A DNA stretch of 64,000 nt, taken from NCBI GenBank assembly GCA_035504135.1, contig DATJSM010000012.1:67701-131700 (forward strand), read 5' to 3'. Source of the stretch: Candidatus Aquilonibacter sp. GTDB lineage: Bacteria > Acidobacteriota > Terriglobia > Terriglobales > Acidobacteriaceae. Below are positions 40,645 to 49,427 of this stretch, piece after piece. The notes under the pieces are model-generated. The model was not told where the DNA came from and did not search any database. It saw nothing but the letters and a program-made list of their open reading frames with translations. The position numbers and the translations under genes are program-made. Position 1 is the first letter of the stretch, and each line of letters opens with the position of its first letter.

Positions 40645-42144
40645 ATGCAGGCTCTGACGCCTGAGGTGGAGAAGAGAGAGTTGATGGACGCCAGAGGATT
40701 TGGAGCGCGCGTGGACGACGCGCGCAGAGCAAAGATTGTCGCAACGCTGGGACCTGCATCGAGCACAGAAGAGACCTTCCGCGAACTGTTGCGCGCGGGT
40801 CTGGACGTGGCGCGGCTGAACTTTTCGCATGGATCGCACGAGCAGAAGGCCGAGCTGATTGCGATGGTGCGGAAGGTGGCGCGCGAAGAGGCGAAGCCGA
40901 TCTGCATTCTGGGCGACTTGCAGGGGCCGAAGATTCGCACGAGAAGCCTTGTCGACCACAAGCCGGTGATGCTGGAGGCGGGCAAGCGGCTGACGATTAC
41001 ACCGGAGAAGGTTGAAGGCACGGCGGAGCGCGTGAGCACGGTGTTCACGACGCTGGCGGAAAATTTGGCGCCGGGGAACCGCATTCTGCTCTCGGACGGA
41101 TTGATCGAGCTGCGCGTGGTGGAGCTGCGCGGCGCGGACGTGGTCGCGGAGATCATCAACGGCGGCATGCTGGGCGAGAAAAAGGGCATCAATCTGCCGG
41201 GCATTCCGGTGAAGGTGCCGTCGCTGACGGAGAAGGATGAAGAAGATTTGGAGTTTGCGCTGAAGCACGGCGTTGATACGATTGCGGTTTCGTTTGTGCA
41301 GACGGCGGACGATGTGCGCTATGTGAAGCGCAGGGTGGCGGCGCTGGGGTCGGAGGCGTGGGTGATTGCGAAGCTGGAGAAGCCGCAGGCGGTGGACCAC
41401 CTGGACACCATCCTGGAGGCGGCGGACGCGATCATGGTGGCGCGCGGCGATCTGGGTGTGGAGGTTCCGCCGGAGAAGGTGCCGGCGATCCAGAAGCACA
41501 TTATCCGCAGGGCGTCGGAGTACAGGAAGCCGGTGATTACGGCGACGCAGATGCTGGAGTCGATGATTGAGAATCCGAGGCCGACAAGAGCGGAAGCTTC
41601 CGATGTAGCGAACGCGATTTATGACGGCACGGATGCGGTGATGTTGAGCGCGGAGAGCGCGGCCGGGAAGTATCCGGTGGAGTCGGTGCAGATGATGGCG
41701 AAGATTGTGGCGGAGACGGAGAGCCAGATGCGTCTGCTGCCGCGGCCGGCGGCGCTGGTGAGCCATCGCAAGTCGCTGAATATTCCGGAGACGATCTGCG
41801 AGTGCATGGCGCACTCGGCGCAGGATTTGGATTTGGCGGCGATCGCGATCTTCACAGAGACGGGAAATACGGCGAGGCTGCTTTCGAAGTACAGGCCGGA
41901 TGCGCCGATCTATGCGATGAGCCCGTTTGAGGAAGTGGTGAACCGTTGCATGTTGCTGTGGGGGACGTTTCCGGTGCAGTGCGAGCGGTTTCGGGATACG
42001 GATAAGCTCGTTGGCATGGCGGAGGACATGCTGGAGCAGGGCGGGTTCGTGCGCGCGAAGGATGTGGTGGGAATTGTTGCGGGGACGGCGACGCGGACGG
42101 GGGCGACGAATTTTATGAGGCTCCACTTGATCGGCGACAGATAG
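40645..42144 (+). CDS. pyk: Pyruvate kinase
   Basis: KIVATLGPAS, RLNFSHG, DLQGPKIR, MVARGDLGVE, ATQMLESM, DAVMLS. Confidence 0.98.
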   Translation: MQALTPEVEKRELMDARGFGARVDDARRAKIVATLGPASSTEETFRELLRAGLDVARLNFSHGSHEQKAELIAMVRKVAREEAKPICILGDLQGPKIRTRSLVDHKPVMLEAGKRLTITPEKVEGTAERVSTVFTTLAENLAPGNRILLSDGLIELRVVELRGADVVAEIINGGMLGEKKGINLPGIPVKVPSLTEKDEEDLEFALKHGVDTIAVSFVQTADDVRYVKRRVAALGSEAWVIAKLEKPQAVDHLDTILEAADAIMVARGDLGVEVPPEKVPAIQKHIIRRASEYRKPVITATQMLESMIENPRPTRAEASDVANAIYDGTDAVMLSAESAAGKYPVESVQMMAKIVAETESQMRLLPRPAALVSHRKSLNIPETICECMAHSAQDLDLAAIAIFTETGNTARLLSKYRPDAPIYAMSPFEEVVNRCMLLWGTFPVQCERFRDTDKLVGMAEDMLEQGGFVRAKDVVGIVAGTATRTGATNFMRLHLIGDR

Positions 42145-42147
42145 TTC

Positions 42148-44124
42148 ATGGGACGGATTCGAGTTCTTTCGGACCAGGTGGCGAACCAAATTGCTGCCGG
42201 TGAGGTGGTGGAGCGTCCTGCGTCGGTGGTGAAGGAGCTGCTGGAAAACTCGTTGGATGCGGGGGCGACGCGGATTCGGCTGGAGGTTGAGGCCGGCGGG
42301 CGAAAGCTGATTCGGATTGTTGACAACGGACATGGGATGGGGCGCGATGATGCGCTGCTGGCATTCGAGCGGCATGCGACATCGAAGCTGCGGTCGAGTG
42401 ACGATCTGCTGAGCATTGCGACGCTGGGGTTTCGCGGCGAGGCGCTGCCGTCGATTGCGAGCGTGGCGCGGGTGACGCTGGAGACGAGGGCGGCAGAGGA
42501 TGCGGTGGGGACGCAGCTCGAGATTGCGGGCGGGAATTTGTTGCGCGTGGAGGATGCGGGGCTGCCGGCAGGGACGACGATCGCAGTGCGGGATCTCTTC
42601 TTCAATACGCCGGCGCGACGGAAGTTTTTGCGCAGCGAGCAGACGGAGCTGGGGCATGTGGCGGCTCTGGTGACGCACTATGCGCTGGCCCATCCGACGA
42701 AGCATTTCGAGCTGCATACGTCGACGCAGGCGCTGGTGATGGCACCGGCGGTGGCGAATGTGGGCGAGCGGCTGTTTCAGATCTTTGGGCGCGAGACGTT
42801 CGAGAGCCTGATTCCGGTGGCGGCGGAGATTGATTTTGCGCGCGCAGGGCTGCCGGAGCCTCCGCCATGGAAACGGGCGGAGGATTGGGAGCCGCCGGAG
42901 CCGGGGTTTTTGCGGATGAGCGGGTTCGTGTCGAAGCCGGAGCTGCAGAAGCTGAACCGGAATTCGATTTATGTGTTTGCGAATGGGCGGTTGATTCGCG
43001 ACCGGCTGGTACTGCATGCGCTGACGGAGGCGTACAGGAACATCATTCCGCCGACGTCGTTTCCGGTGGTGCTGCTGTTTCTGGAGATGCCTCCGCAGGA
43101 GATCGATGTGAATGTGCATCCGGCCAAGACGGAGGTGCGGTTCCGGCAGGGAGCGTTTGTGCATGATTTCGTGCGGGACTCGGTGCGGACAGCGCTGATG
43201 CAGGCGAGGCCGGCAGCGAGTTTTTTTCAGGCGTTGCATGCGGCTCCGACGGCGAGCGAGTCGTTGACGGTGGATGTCAGTCCGTTGCCGGGAGTGGAGC
43301 AGGCGGTGTTTGGACCGCGTGACGGTGAACTGGTTACGCAGAGCGAAGGCGTAATTGAGCCGGGAGATGTTGCCAGTTTTGAGTTGAGGGAGCGGAGCGT
43401 GGCGCCTTCGCCGGGGCGGCTGGGGTTTGAAGGTGCGGGGATGGCGGTAGGGTATGTGGATTCTGGGAACCCACCCGTGAACGATGAGGCCGTTCATGGA
43501 TGGGGCACCCAGAATAAGGGTGAACAGCGGCCGACGCTGAATTCTCTGGCGACGCTGAAGCCGCTGGGGCAGTTACGGGATTCGTTCATCCTGGCGGTGA
43601 ACGAGGAAGGGTTGTGGATCATCGATCAGCATGTGGCGCATGAGCGCGTGCTGTTTGAGAAGATTCTGCGCGAGCGCGAGGTGGAGCGGGTTCAGCGGCA
43701 GCGGTTGCTGATGCCTGTGCTGGTGGAGTTGCTGCCGGAGCAGATGGTGACGTTTGCGGAGATTGCGGAAGAGCTGGAGCGGAACGGATTTGAGGCGGAG
43801 CCCTTCGGGCGAAGGACGCTGGCGATCAAGGCGGCGCCGGTTGGGCTGGAGGGGAAAGAGCTCGAGCGGATGCTGGAAGAGGTGCTGGGCGTCACGGAAA
43901 AGACGGCGCAGGTGGAGAATGAAGAGCTGCGGCGGACGCGGATTGCAGCCTCGATTGCCTGTCATGCGGCGATCAAGGTGAATATGCCGCTGGAGGCGGC
44001 GAAGATCGACTGGCTGCTGCGTGAACTGGCGAAAACCGAGTACCCGACGAACTGTCCCCATGGGCGGCCGATCGCGTTGCGGTATTCTTTGAAGGAGATA
44101 CAGCGCGCGTTTCAGCGGATCTGA
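42148..44124 (+). CDS. mutL: DNA mismatch repair endonuclease MutL
   Basis: IAAGEVVERPASVVKELLENS, GFRGEAL, DVNVHPAK, DQHVAHERVLFE, ACH, CPHGRP. Confidence 0.98.
   Translation: MGRIRVLSDQVANQIAAGEVVERPASVVKELLENSLDAGATRIRLEVEAGGRKLIRIVDNGHGMGRDDALLAFERHATSKLRSSDDLLSIATLGFRGEALPSIASVARVTLETRAAEDAVGTQLEIAGGNLLRVEDAGLPAGTTIAVRDLFFNTPARRKFLRSEQTELGHVAALVTHYALAHPTKHFELHTSTQALVMAPAVANVGERLFQIFGRETFESLIPVAAEIDFARAGLPEPPPWKRAEDWEPPEPGFLRMSGFVSKPELQKLNRNSIYVFANGRLIRDRLVLHALTEAYRNIIPPTSFPVVLLFLEMPPQEIDVNVHPAKTEVRFRQGAFVHDFVRDSVRTALMQARPAASFFQALHAAPTASESLTVDVSPLPGVEQAVFGPRDGELVTQSEGVIEPGDVASFELRERSVAPSPGRLGFEGAGMAVGYVDSGNPPVNDEAVHGWGTQNKGEQRPTLNSLATLKPLGQLRDSFILAVNEEGLWIIDQHVAHERVLFEKILREREVERVQRQRLLMPVLVELLPEQMVTFAEIAEELERNGFEAEPFGRRTLAIKAAPVGLEGKELERMLEEVLGVTEKTAQVENEELRRTRIAASIACHAAIKVNMPLEAAKIDWLLRELAKTEYPTNCPHGRPIALRYSLKEIQRAFQRI
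43470..43510 (+). repeat. REP-like palindrome embedded in the mutL linker
   Basis: CCCACCCGTGAACG-atgaggc-CGTTCATGGATGGG-GCACCC. Confidence 0.65.
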
Positions 44125-44280
44125 CGGCGCGCTTCTGAGTGGTTTGATGAGATTTTCGAGGACCTCCGCCGCGTGCGGAGGTTGATGTTGTAGGGCCGAT
44201 GTGAGGCCACATGACGCGGCGCGGTTCACAGGAAGACGCGCTGCAGCCGCGGAGTCGATCCGCAGTCTGAGAGATTTGTT

Positions 44281-46131
44281 TTGAGTTCAACACCGCAGTT
44301 CAACGGGGAGCAGTTAGCCGCCGCGCGCAAGGTGCGATGGCATCAGGAAGGCGACGCGCTGCTGACGCTGGAAGCGGCGCGCGAGTGGGTGAGTGAGCTG
44401 GGGCTGGTGCTGTTCGCGCCGCGAGCGCATCAGCTGCCGACAGCCGCGCCGTCACTGGTGGAGGCGACGCTGGGACGGGCAGTGAATGCGCCGAGCGCGG
44501 CGGAGTCTGAGACGGCACGCAGCCTGGTGGGACGCATGGTCACAGAAGGAGCGGCGCTGCCGCTGAATCTGCTGGGCGGCCCGGGCGATGTACCGGACTT
44601 TGTGGCGTCGGCGCAGGTGTTCAGCTATGTATTTACGCTGCGCGGCGACAAGGCGTGGAAGCAGGCGCCGGCGACTTCAGGCTCGCTGAAGGTCTCGCTG
44701 CTGGCGGCGAAGGTGTACGAGACGCTGGCGCAGGGCAACGCGATGACGGCGGCGGAGCTGGCGTCGGAGTTGGGACGTGAGGTGACGGAGACCGCGATTG
44801 TGCGCGCTCTGGTGGAGCTGTGGGCGCAGTTGCGGGTGATTCCGCTGTTGCAGCCGGACGCGGCAGGCGCCAAGAGTTCCGGCGCAATGTGGGAGCTGAC
44901 GTCGCGGCGGTTCACGAAGCAGATGAAGGCGGGAGCGAATGCGGGGCAGCCGACGGCGTTGTCGGCGCTGATCTCGCTGTATCTGGCGCAGGCGCTGGCG
45001 GCGACGGAGGAAGAGGTCGAGACGTTTCTTTCGCCGCTGGTGGCGCGGTCGAAGGTGCGCGATGTGCTGCATGGGTTGCGGGCAGCGCGGCAGTTGGAGA
45101 GCGTGGTGCTCGAAGGCAAGACGCTGTTGTATGTGCCGGGAGCGCTGCCGGAGTTTCCGGAGATTGCAGCGACAGAGCCGGAGAAGGAAGCGAACGCGCC
45201 GCAGGCAGGGGCCGTTCCAAGCGAGCCGCCGCGCGAGAGGATTCGGCGATTTGACCAGCCACGCGCAGTGCGTGAGGAACGCAAAGGCGCGCCGCGACGG
45301 GAACGCGGGGAGCGTCCATTTCGAGGGGATCGCGACCGGCCATCGAAGCCGTTGGGCGAGAGGCCGTCGAAGCCGTTTGATGGCAAGCGGGAGAGGCCGA
45401 AGCGGGAAGGCGGTGGTTTCAGCGATCGCGAGCGGCGGCCGTTTCAGCGGGATCGGGCGCAGGGTGAGCGGAAGAGCTTCACGAGACCGTGGGATGAGCA
45501 GCGCACGACTGGCGAGCGTAAGGAAGGGCGTGAGCGTCCTGTGCGTTTTGAGCGCGAGAGACCACGGCGCGATGGAGAGACCCGGCCGCCTCGTGAGAAG
45601 CGAGAGTTTCGAGCGGGTCCGCGAAGTTCCGGACCGCGACAGGGCGGGGCGGAGCGCGGGGAACGCACGCAGCGTCCGTTTCGTGCTCGAGCTGAGGGTG
45701 AACGGCCGTTTCGACCGAGACGCGAGGGGGATCGTCCCGCTGGAAAGCGGCGTGAAGGCGAACGTCCATTTCGTCCGCGGACTGAGGCAGAACGTTCCTC
45801 TCGACCTCGGCGTGAAAGCGAGCGTCCGTTTCGTCCGCGGCGCGAGGGTGGCGCAGAGTCTGCGGAGCGGCCGTCGCGCAAGCCATTCGTGCCGCGCAAG
45901 GAAGGCGCACGGGAAAACCGGGGCGAACGCGGGCGCGGGGAAAAGCCGGCCGGCAAACCGTATTTTGGCGAGAAGCGTTTTGGCGAGAAGCGGAAGTTCG
46001 GTGATACAAAGTTTGGCGACAAGAAGAGGTTTGCGGGGAAGCCGGGCAAGCCTAAGTTTGGCGGGAAGTCCGGCGGCAATCGCGGCGTGCGGAAGGGCAA
46101 GAGCAAGCCGAGGCGCGAGCCGGAGGAGTAG
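44281..46131 (+). CDS. Hypothetical protein: winged-helix-like (possibly AlkZ/YcaQ-related) N-domain plus long Arg/Glu-rich disordered tail
   Basis: Codon usage like neighbouring core genes; sits between mutL and cmk; ERPFRPRREG repeats; family assignment tentative. Confidence 0.7.
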   Translation: MSSTPQFNGEQLAAARKVRWHQEGDALLTLEAAREWVSELGLVLFAPRAHQLPTAAPSLVEATLGRAVNAPSAAESETARSLVGRMVTEGAALPLNLLGGPGDVPDFVASAQVFSYVFTLRGDKAWKQAPATSGSLKVSLLAAKVYETLAQGNAMTAAELASELGREVTETAIVRALVELWAQLRVIPLLQPDAAGAKSSGAMWELTSRRFTKQMKAGANAGQPTALSALISLYLAQALAATEEEVETFLSPLVARSKVRDVLHGLRAARQLESVVLEGKTLLYVPGALPEFPEIAATEPEKEANAPQAGAVPSEPPRERIRRFDQPRAVREERKGAPRRERGERPFRGDRDRPSKPLGERPSKPFDGKRERPKREGGGFSDRERRPFQRDRAQGERKSFTRPWDEQRTTGERKEGRERPVRFERERPRRDGETRPPREKREFRAGPRSSGPRQGGAERGERTQRPFRARAEGERPFRPRREGDRPAGKRREGERPFRPRTEAERSSRPRRESERPFRPRREGGAESAERPSRKPFVPRKEGARENRGERGRGEKPAGKPYFGEKRFGEKRKFGDTKFGDKKRFAGKPGKPKFGGKSGGNRGVRKGKSKPRREPEE

Positions 46132-46140
46132 CTGCCCAGC

Positions 46141-46857
46141 ATGAATGAGACAGCGGCGATGAAGGTGGCGCGGGAGCGTCCGGTGATCGCGATTGACGGG
46201 CCTGCAGGGGCGGGGAAGAGCACGCTGGCGGCGCACCTGGCGCGCCGGTTCGGTTATTTGAATCTGGAGACAGGAGCAATGTACCGCGCACTGGCGCTGA
46301 AGGCGATTGAACGGGATCTGCCGTTCGATGACGAGGCCGCGCTGATGGATTTGGCGGAGTACACGCGCGTGACTTTGGAGCCTCAGGCGGAGGGTAACCG
46401 GGTTTTTCTGGATGGCGTGGATGTCTCGCGGAGGGTTCGGGATCAGGATGTGACGGAGGCGGCGTCGAGGGTGTCCGTGCACCCCAAGCTGCGGGCGTGG
46501 ATGGTGACGCAGCAGCGGAAGATGGGGGAAAAGGGTGGGGTGGTGATGGAGGGCCGGGACATTGGGACGGCCGTGTTTCCGGACGCCGAGGTGAAGATCT
46601 TTCTGGATGCGGCGCCGGAAGTGCGCGGTAATCGGCGCTACAGGCAGCGGGCGCCGGAGCAGATGAAGGTTACCGAAGAGTCTGTACTGCGGGAGCTGCG
46701 AGAGCGGGACGCGCGGGACCGGAACCGGGCGGAGTCGCCGTTGCGGCCTGCGGCGGACGCGGTGGTGCTGGATTCGACGGCGATGACGCTGGAAGAGGTG
46801 CTGGGACAGGCGGAAACGATCGTCCGGGAGCACGTGGAGGCGGGTAAGTTGCACTAA
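46141..46857 (+). CDS. cmk: Cytidylate kinase
   Basis: [51 protein letters not shown]. Confidence 0.97.
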   Translation: MNETAAMKVARERPVIAIDGPAGAGKSTLAAHLARRFGYLNLETGAMYRALALKAIERDLPFDDEAALMDLAEYTRVTLEPQAEGNRVFLDGVDVSRRVRDQDVTEAASRVSVHPKLRAWMVTQQRKMGEKGGVVMEGRDIGTAVFPDAEVKIFLDAAPEVRGNRRYRQRAPEQMKVTEESVLRELRERDARDRNRAESPLRPAADAVVLDSTAMTLEEVLGQAETIVREHVEAGKLH

Positions 46858-47023
46858 ATACAGTGCAAAACAGCCACCTGCGAAATTTTTCGTGGAAAAA
46901 TTGTCCGCCGTGCTACCATTCTCCCATCGTTTGAAACAGATTGGTTTTCCGCAGGTTTCAACCGGCCGAAGCCCCGATTTGGATTCAGCGTCAAAGTCAC
47001 ACAATACGAAGGATTTGCGAGAC

Positions 47024-47224
47024 ATGGAACAGGGAACGGTGAAGTGGTTCAACGACGCCAAGGGTTTTGGCTTCATCAGTAGGCAGAATGGCGAAGACGT
47101 TTTCGTCCACTATTCGGCGATCAACACGAACGGCTTCAAAAGCCTCCAGGAAGGCCAAGCCGTTCAGTTCAACGTAGTCAAAGGGCCCAAGGGCTGGCAG
47201 GCGTCTGACGTTCAGCCGCTGTAG
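47024..47224 (+). CDS. Cold-shock protein (CspA family)
   Basis: [33 protein letters not shown]. Confidence 0.97.
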   Translation: MEQGTVKWFNDAKGFGFISRQNGEDVFVHYSAINTNGFKSLQEGQAVQFNVVKGPKGWQASDVQPL

Positions 47225-47288
47225 TCATCGATCAGCTCGTACCCGCACGATTTCAACCATTTGAGGCCTTGCAGGACGCTAAGAGATG

Positions 47289-47321
47289 AGCACAGGGACA
47301 GCCATTGGCTGTCCCTGTGCT
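47289..47321. terminator. Bidirectional terminator-like hairpin, 15-bp stem
   Basis: AGCACAGGGACAGCC-att-GGCTGTCCCTGTGCT between convergent genes. Confidence 0.75.
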
Positions 47322-47340
47322 GTTTGTGGTGTGGCTTCTA

Positions 47341-48303
47341 TCAAAGGTGGGGTGCTGGACTGCCGCGTGGGGGCGCCGTTTGGTTTGGGGCTGGCGGAGT
47401 GGATGGCGGTTGGCCGGATGGTTCGAGTACCTGCGTGCCGGGCAGGATGGTGACGGAAGTTTCCAGTTTGCGGTAGTCGGTGAAGGTGTCGCGGAGGTTG
47501 CCGTCGATGCCCTTGACGAGCAGGAAACGGCCGTCGATGTGTGCGGTGGTTTGAGCGGGAAACCAGATCTCGCCGTTGACGGGTTCGAAGGTGGAGTCGA
47601 ACCAGCTTCCTTTTTTGATGTTGATGAGCAGGCCGCCGGCGACGTGGAAGTCCTGGTCGAGCGCGCCGGAGAAGCGGAGGATGGCGTCGTCGCGTTCGTC
47701 GATCCATAGAGTGCCGGCGAGGCGGCGCATGATCTCCTCGCCGAGGGTGTCAGCCTTGGCGCCGGGATTGCCTTTGTAATCGAAGACGATGGTGGGGCGG
47801 CCGTTGATGGTCTGGCGGCGCGGATTGGAGAAGGTCGCCATCTTGAGCAAACCGGAGGCGCTGAGCTGCACGTTGTTCTTGTCTGAGTTTTGGTCGTGCG
47901 ATTTGAGTTTTGTAACAAGCTTGTCGACCCGCTGCTGCTCTTTCTTTGCGTCCGCGGGCGAGAGCGGCTTGCCATCGCGCGCGATGTGCTGAAAGATCTC
48001 CGTGTTCTCGACGTAGAAGGCCTGATACTGGTCGGTGTGTGTCTTCTTGCTTCCGTTGGCGGAGAACTCGTCGGCGGTTTGAGTGACGGTGCAGATGTAT
48101 TTCTTGCGAAGGTTCTCGAGTGCGATGGAGCGCGCGTGGACGCGATCGATCAGGGTGCGGACGTCCGGCAACGGAGCAGAGGGTGAGGATGCGGTGGTCT
48201 GAGGCGACGCCTGCGGCGCGGATGTCTGTTGCGACGGCGTCTTTTGCGCAGGGGCCGAAAGGCAGATGAGACAAACGGCCGCAGCGAGAACCCGAGGAGA
48301 CAT
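47341..48303 (-). CDS. Secreted protein, LolA/MucB-like fold (tentative)
   Basis: Signal peptide; INGRPTIVFDY, LAGTLWIDERD..ILR, EIWFP, FTDYRK pattern shared with the N-domain of 30688-32544. Confidence 0.7.
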   Translation of the reverse strand: MSPRVLAAAVCLICLSAPAQKTPSQQTSAPQASPQTTASSPSAPLPDVRTLIDRVHARSIALENLRKKYICTVTQTADEFSANGSKKTHTDQYQAFYVENTEIFQHIARDGKPLSPADAKKEQQRVDKLVTKLKSHDQNSDKNNVQLSASGLLKMATFSNPRRQTINGRPTIVFDYKGNPGAKADTLGEEIMRRLAGTLWIDERDDAILRFSGALDQDFHVAGGLLINIKKGSWFDSTFEPVNGEIWFPAQTTAHIDGRFLLVKGIDGNLRDTFTDYRKLETSVTILPGTQVLEPSGQPPSTPPAPNQTAPPRGSPAPHL

Positions 48304-48333
48304 AGGCGTCGACTTCTATTTTAGGAACTGATT

Positions 48334-48567
48334 TTACGAACAAGGCGGCTGGTCACCGCCGCCGGAAGAGCGTTTGCTACGCCAGCGACGGCGGAGCCAG
48401 TGGACGCCGCCGAAGCCGAGACCACCGGCGAGTGTCATGATGAGCGCGCCGACGACCGCGAGCGCGACGAGCACGACGATGAGCAGGGAGAAGCCGGCGA
48501 TCAGAGCAGAGGCCGCGGCCTGGAGGATCGCGTGGATCACTGCGATGATTGCGTGGAGAAGGATCAC
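48334..48567 (-). CDS. Small hydrophobic membrane protein
   Basis: 77 aa, two hydrophobic stretches with a basic tail; GTG start without a clear RBS. Confidence 0.5.
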   Translation of the reverse strand: MILLHAIIAVIHAILQAAASALIAGFSLLIVVLVALAVVGALIMTLAGGLGFGGVHWLRRRWRSKRSSGGGDQPPCS

Positions 48568-48619
48568 CTGGCGATAGGACGCTGAAATTCAAGGTAGCGC
48601 GGCTCCGGGAAACTGGCAC

Positions 48620-49180
48620 TCATTCCTCCGGGTCAGGCGAGGCGGTCACGGCGAGGCCAAGTTGCTGGAGCCAGCGTTCGGTGGCGGCGAGGACGTCGGC
48701 GGCGGAGCGTGATGTGTGGATGAGATCCGCCGACTCGGGCGTGGCAAAGCGAAGCGCGAAGCAGAGTTGAGGGCGGTAGGTGCAGGAGGCGAGATCGGCG
48801 ATGCTGAGCGTCGTCGGCGTGCAGAGGATGGTGTGGGGCGGCGCCATACGATCGAGCATGGAGAAGATTTCGAGCTTGGACTCGAGCTCGTCGGGAACGA
48901 AGTCGATGGCGAGATCGGCGTCGCGCACGGCGTCTTCGACGGTCGAGGCAAGGCGGAGTGTGCCGGCGTGGCCGTCGTCCGATCCGATACGTGACGATGA
49001 AGCCGTCTCGGATGGGTCACCCGGACTCGTGATCCATTGCTTGGCGTGGCGCAGGCGCGAGGGCATGACGTCTTCGAGGGTGACTTGAAAGCCGGAGCGC
49101 ACGCAGCGTGCGGCGAAGTCGAGCCCCGCGCTGCCGGCGCCGATGACTGCGACGCGGCGCAGCTCGCGGGGTGTGTGCAT
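48620..49180 (-). CDS. Stand-alone 3-hydroxyacyl-CoA dehydrogenase-like NAD-binding domain
   Basis: VAVIGAGSAG, ADLAIDFVPDELESK.EIF..LD; no C-terminal domain. Confidence 0.8.
   Translation of the reverse strand: MHTPRELRRVAVIGAGSAGLDFAARCVRSGFQVTLEDVMPSRLRHAKQWITSPGDPSETASSSRIGSDDGHAGTLRLASTVEDAVRDADLAIDFVPDELESKLEIFSMLDRMAPPHTILCTPTTLSIADLASCTYRPQLCFALRFATPESADLIHTSRSAADVLAATERWLQQLGLAVTASPDPEE
48984..49022 (+). repeat. Degenerate REP-like palindrome embedded in the CDS
   Basis: CCGATACGTGACG-atgaagc-CGTCTCGGATGGG-TCACCC, related to 43470-43510. Confidence 0.55.
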
Positions 49181-49187
49181 GGGCGGA

Positions 49188-49370
49188 CTACTTGGCGGAG
49201 AAAGCGGCGACGACGGATTCGTAGCTGGGCTCGGCGTGGCTGATGTGATCCAGGACGCGGGCGCGCTCTTCCTCCGACAGCACGGGCAGCACAGAGAGGA
49301 TGCGGCGCAGGGTCACCGAGATATCGTCAACGTAGTTCATGGTGCGGATGGCTTCGCCGGAAAGTGGCAC
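49188..49370 (-). CDS. Small hypothetical protein (60 aa)
   Basis: GAGGAG RBS, GTG start, amphipathic helices, 7 bp from the next gene. Confidence 0.7.
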   Translation of the reverse strand: MPLSGEAIRTMNYVDDISVTLRRILSVLPVLSEEERARVLDHISHAEPSYESVVAAFSAK

Positions 49371-49427
49371 TCGAAGATCTCCTCAATGGTCTGGTGTTAG
49401 TTTACGCGCTTGAGGGATGTGGATGCG

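Noticed and set aside
40063-43497. 1144-aa antisense ORF, and similar long shadow ORFs at 34954-37002 and 44677-47076
   Set aside because: Arg/His/Gln-rich shadows of real genes, produced by GC-rich codon bias
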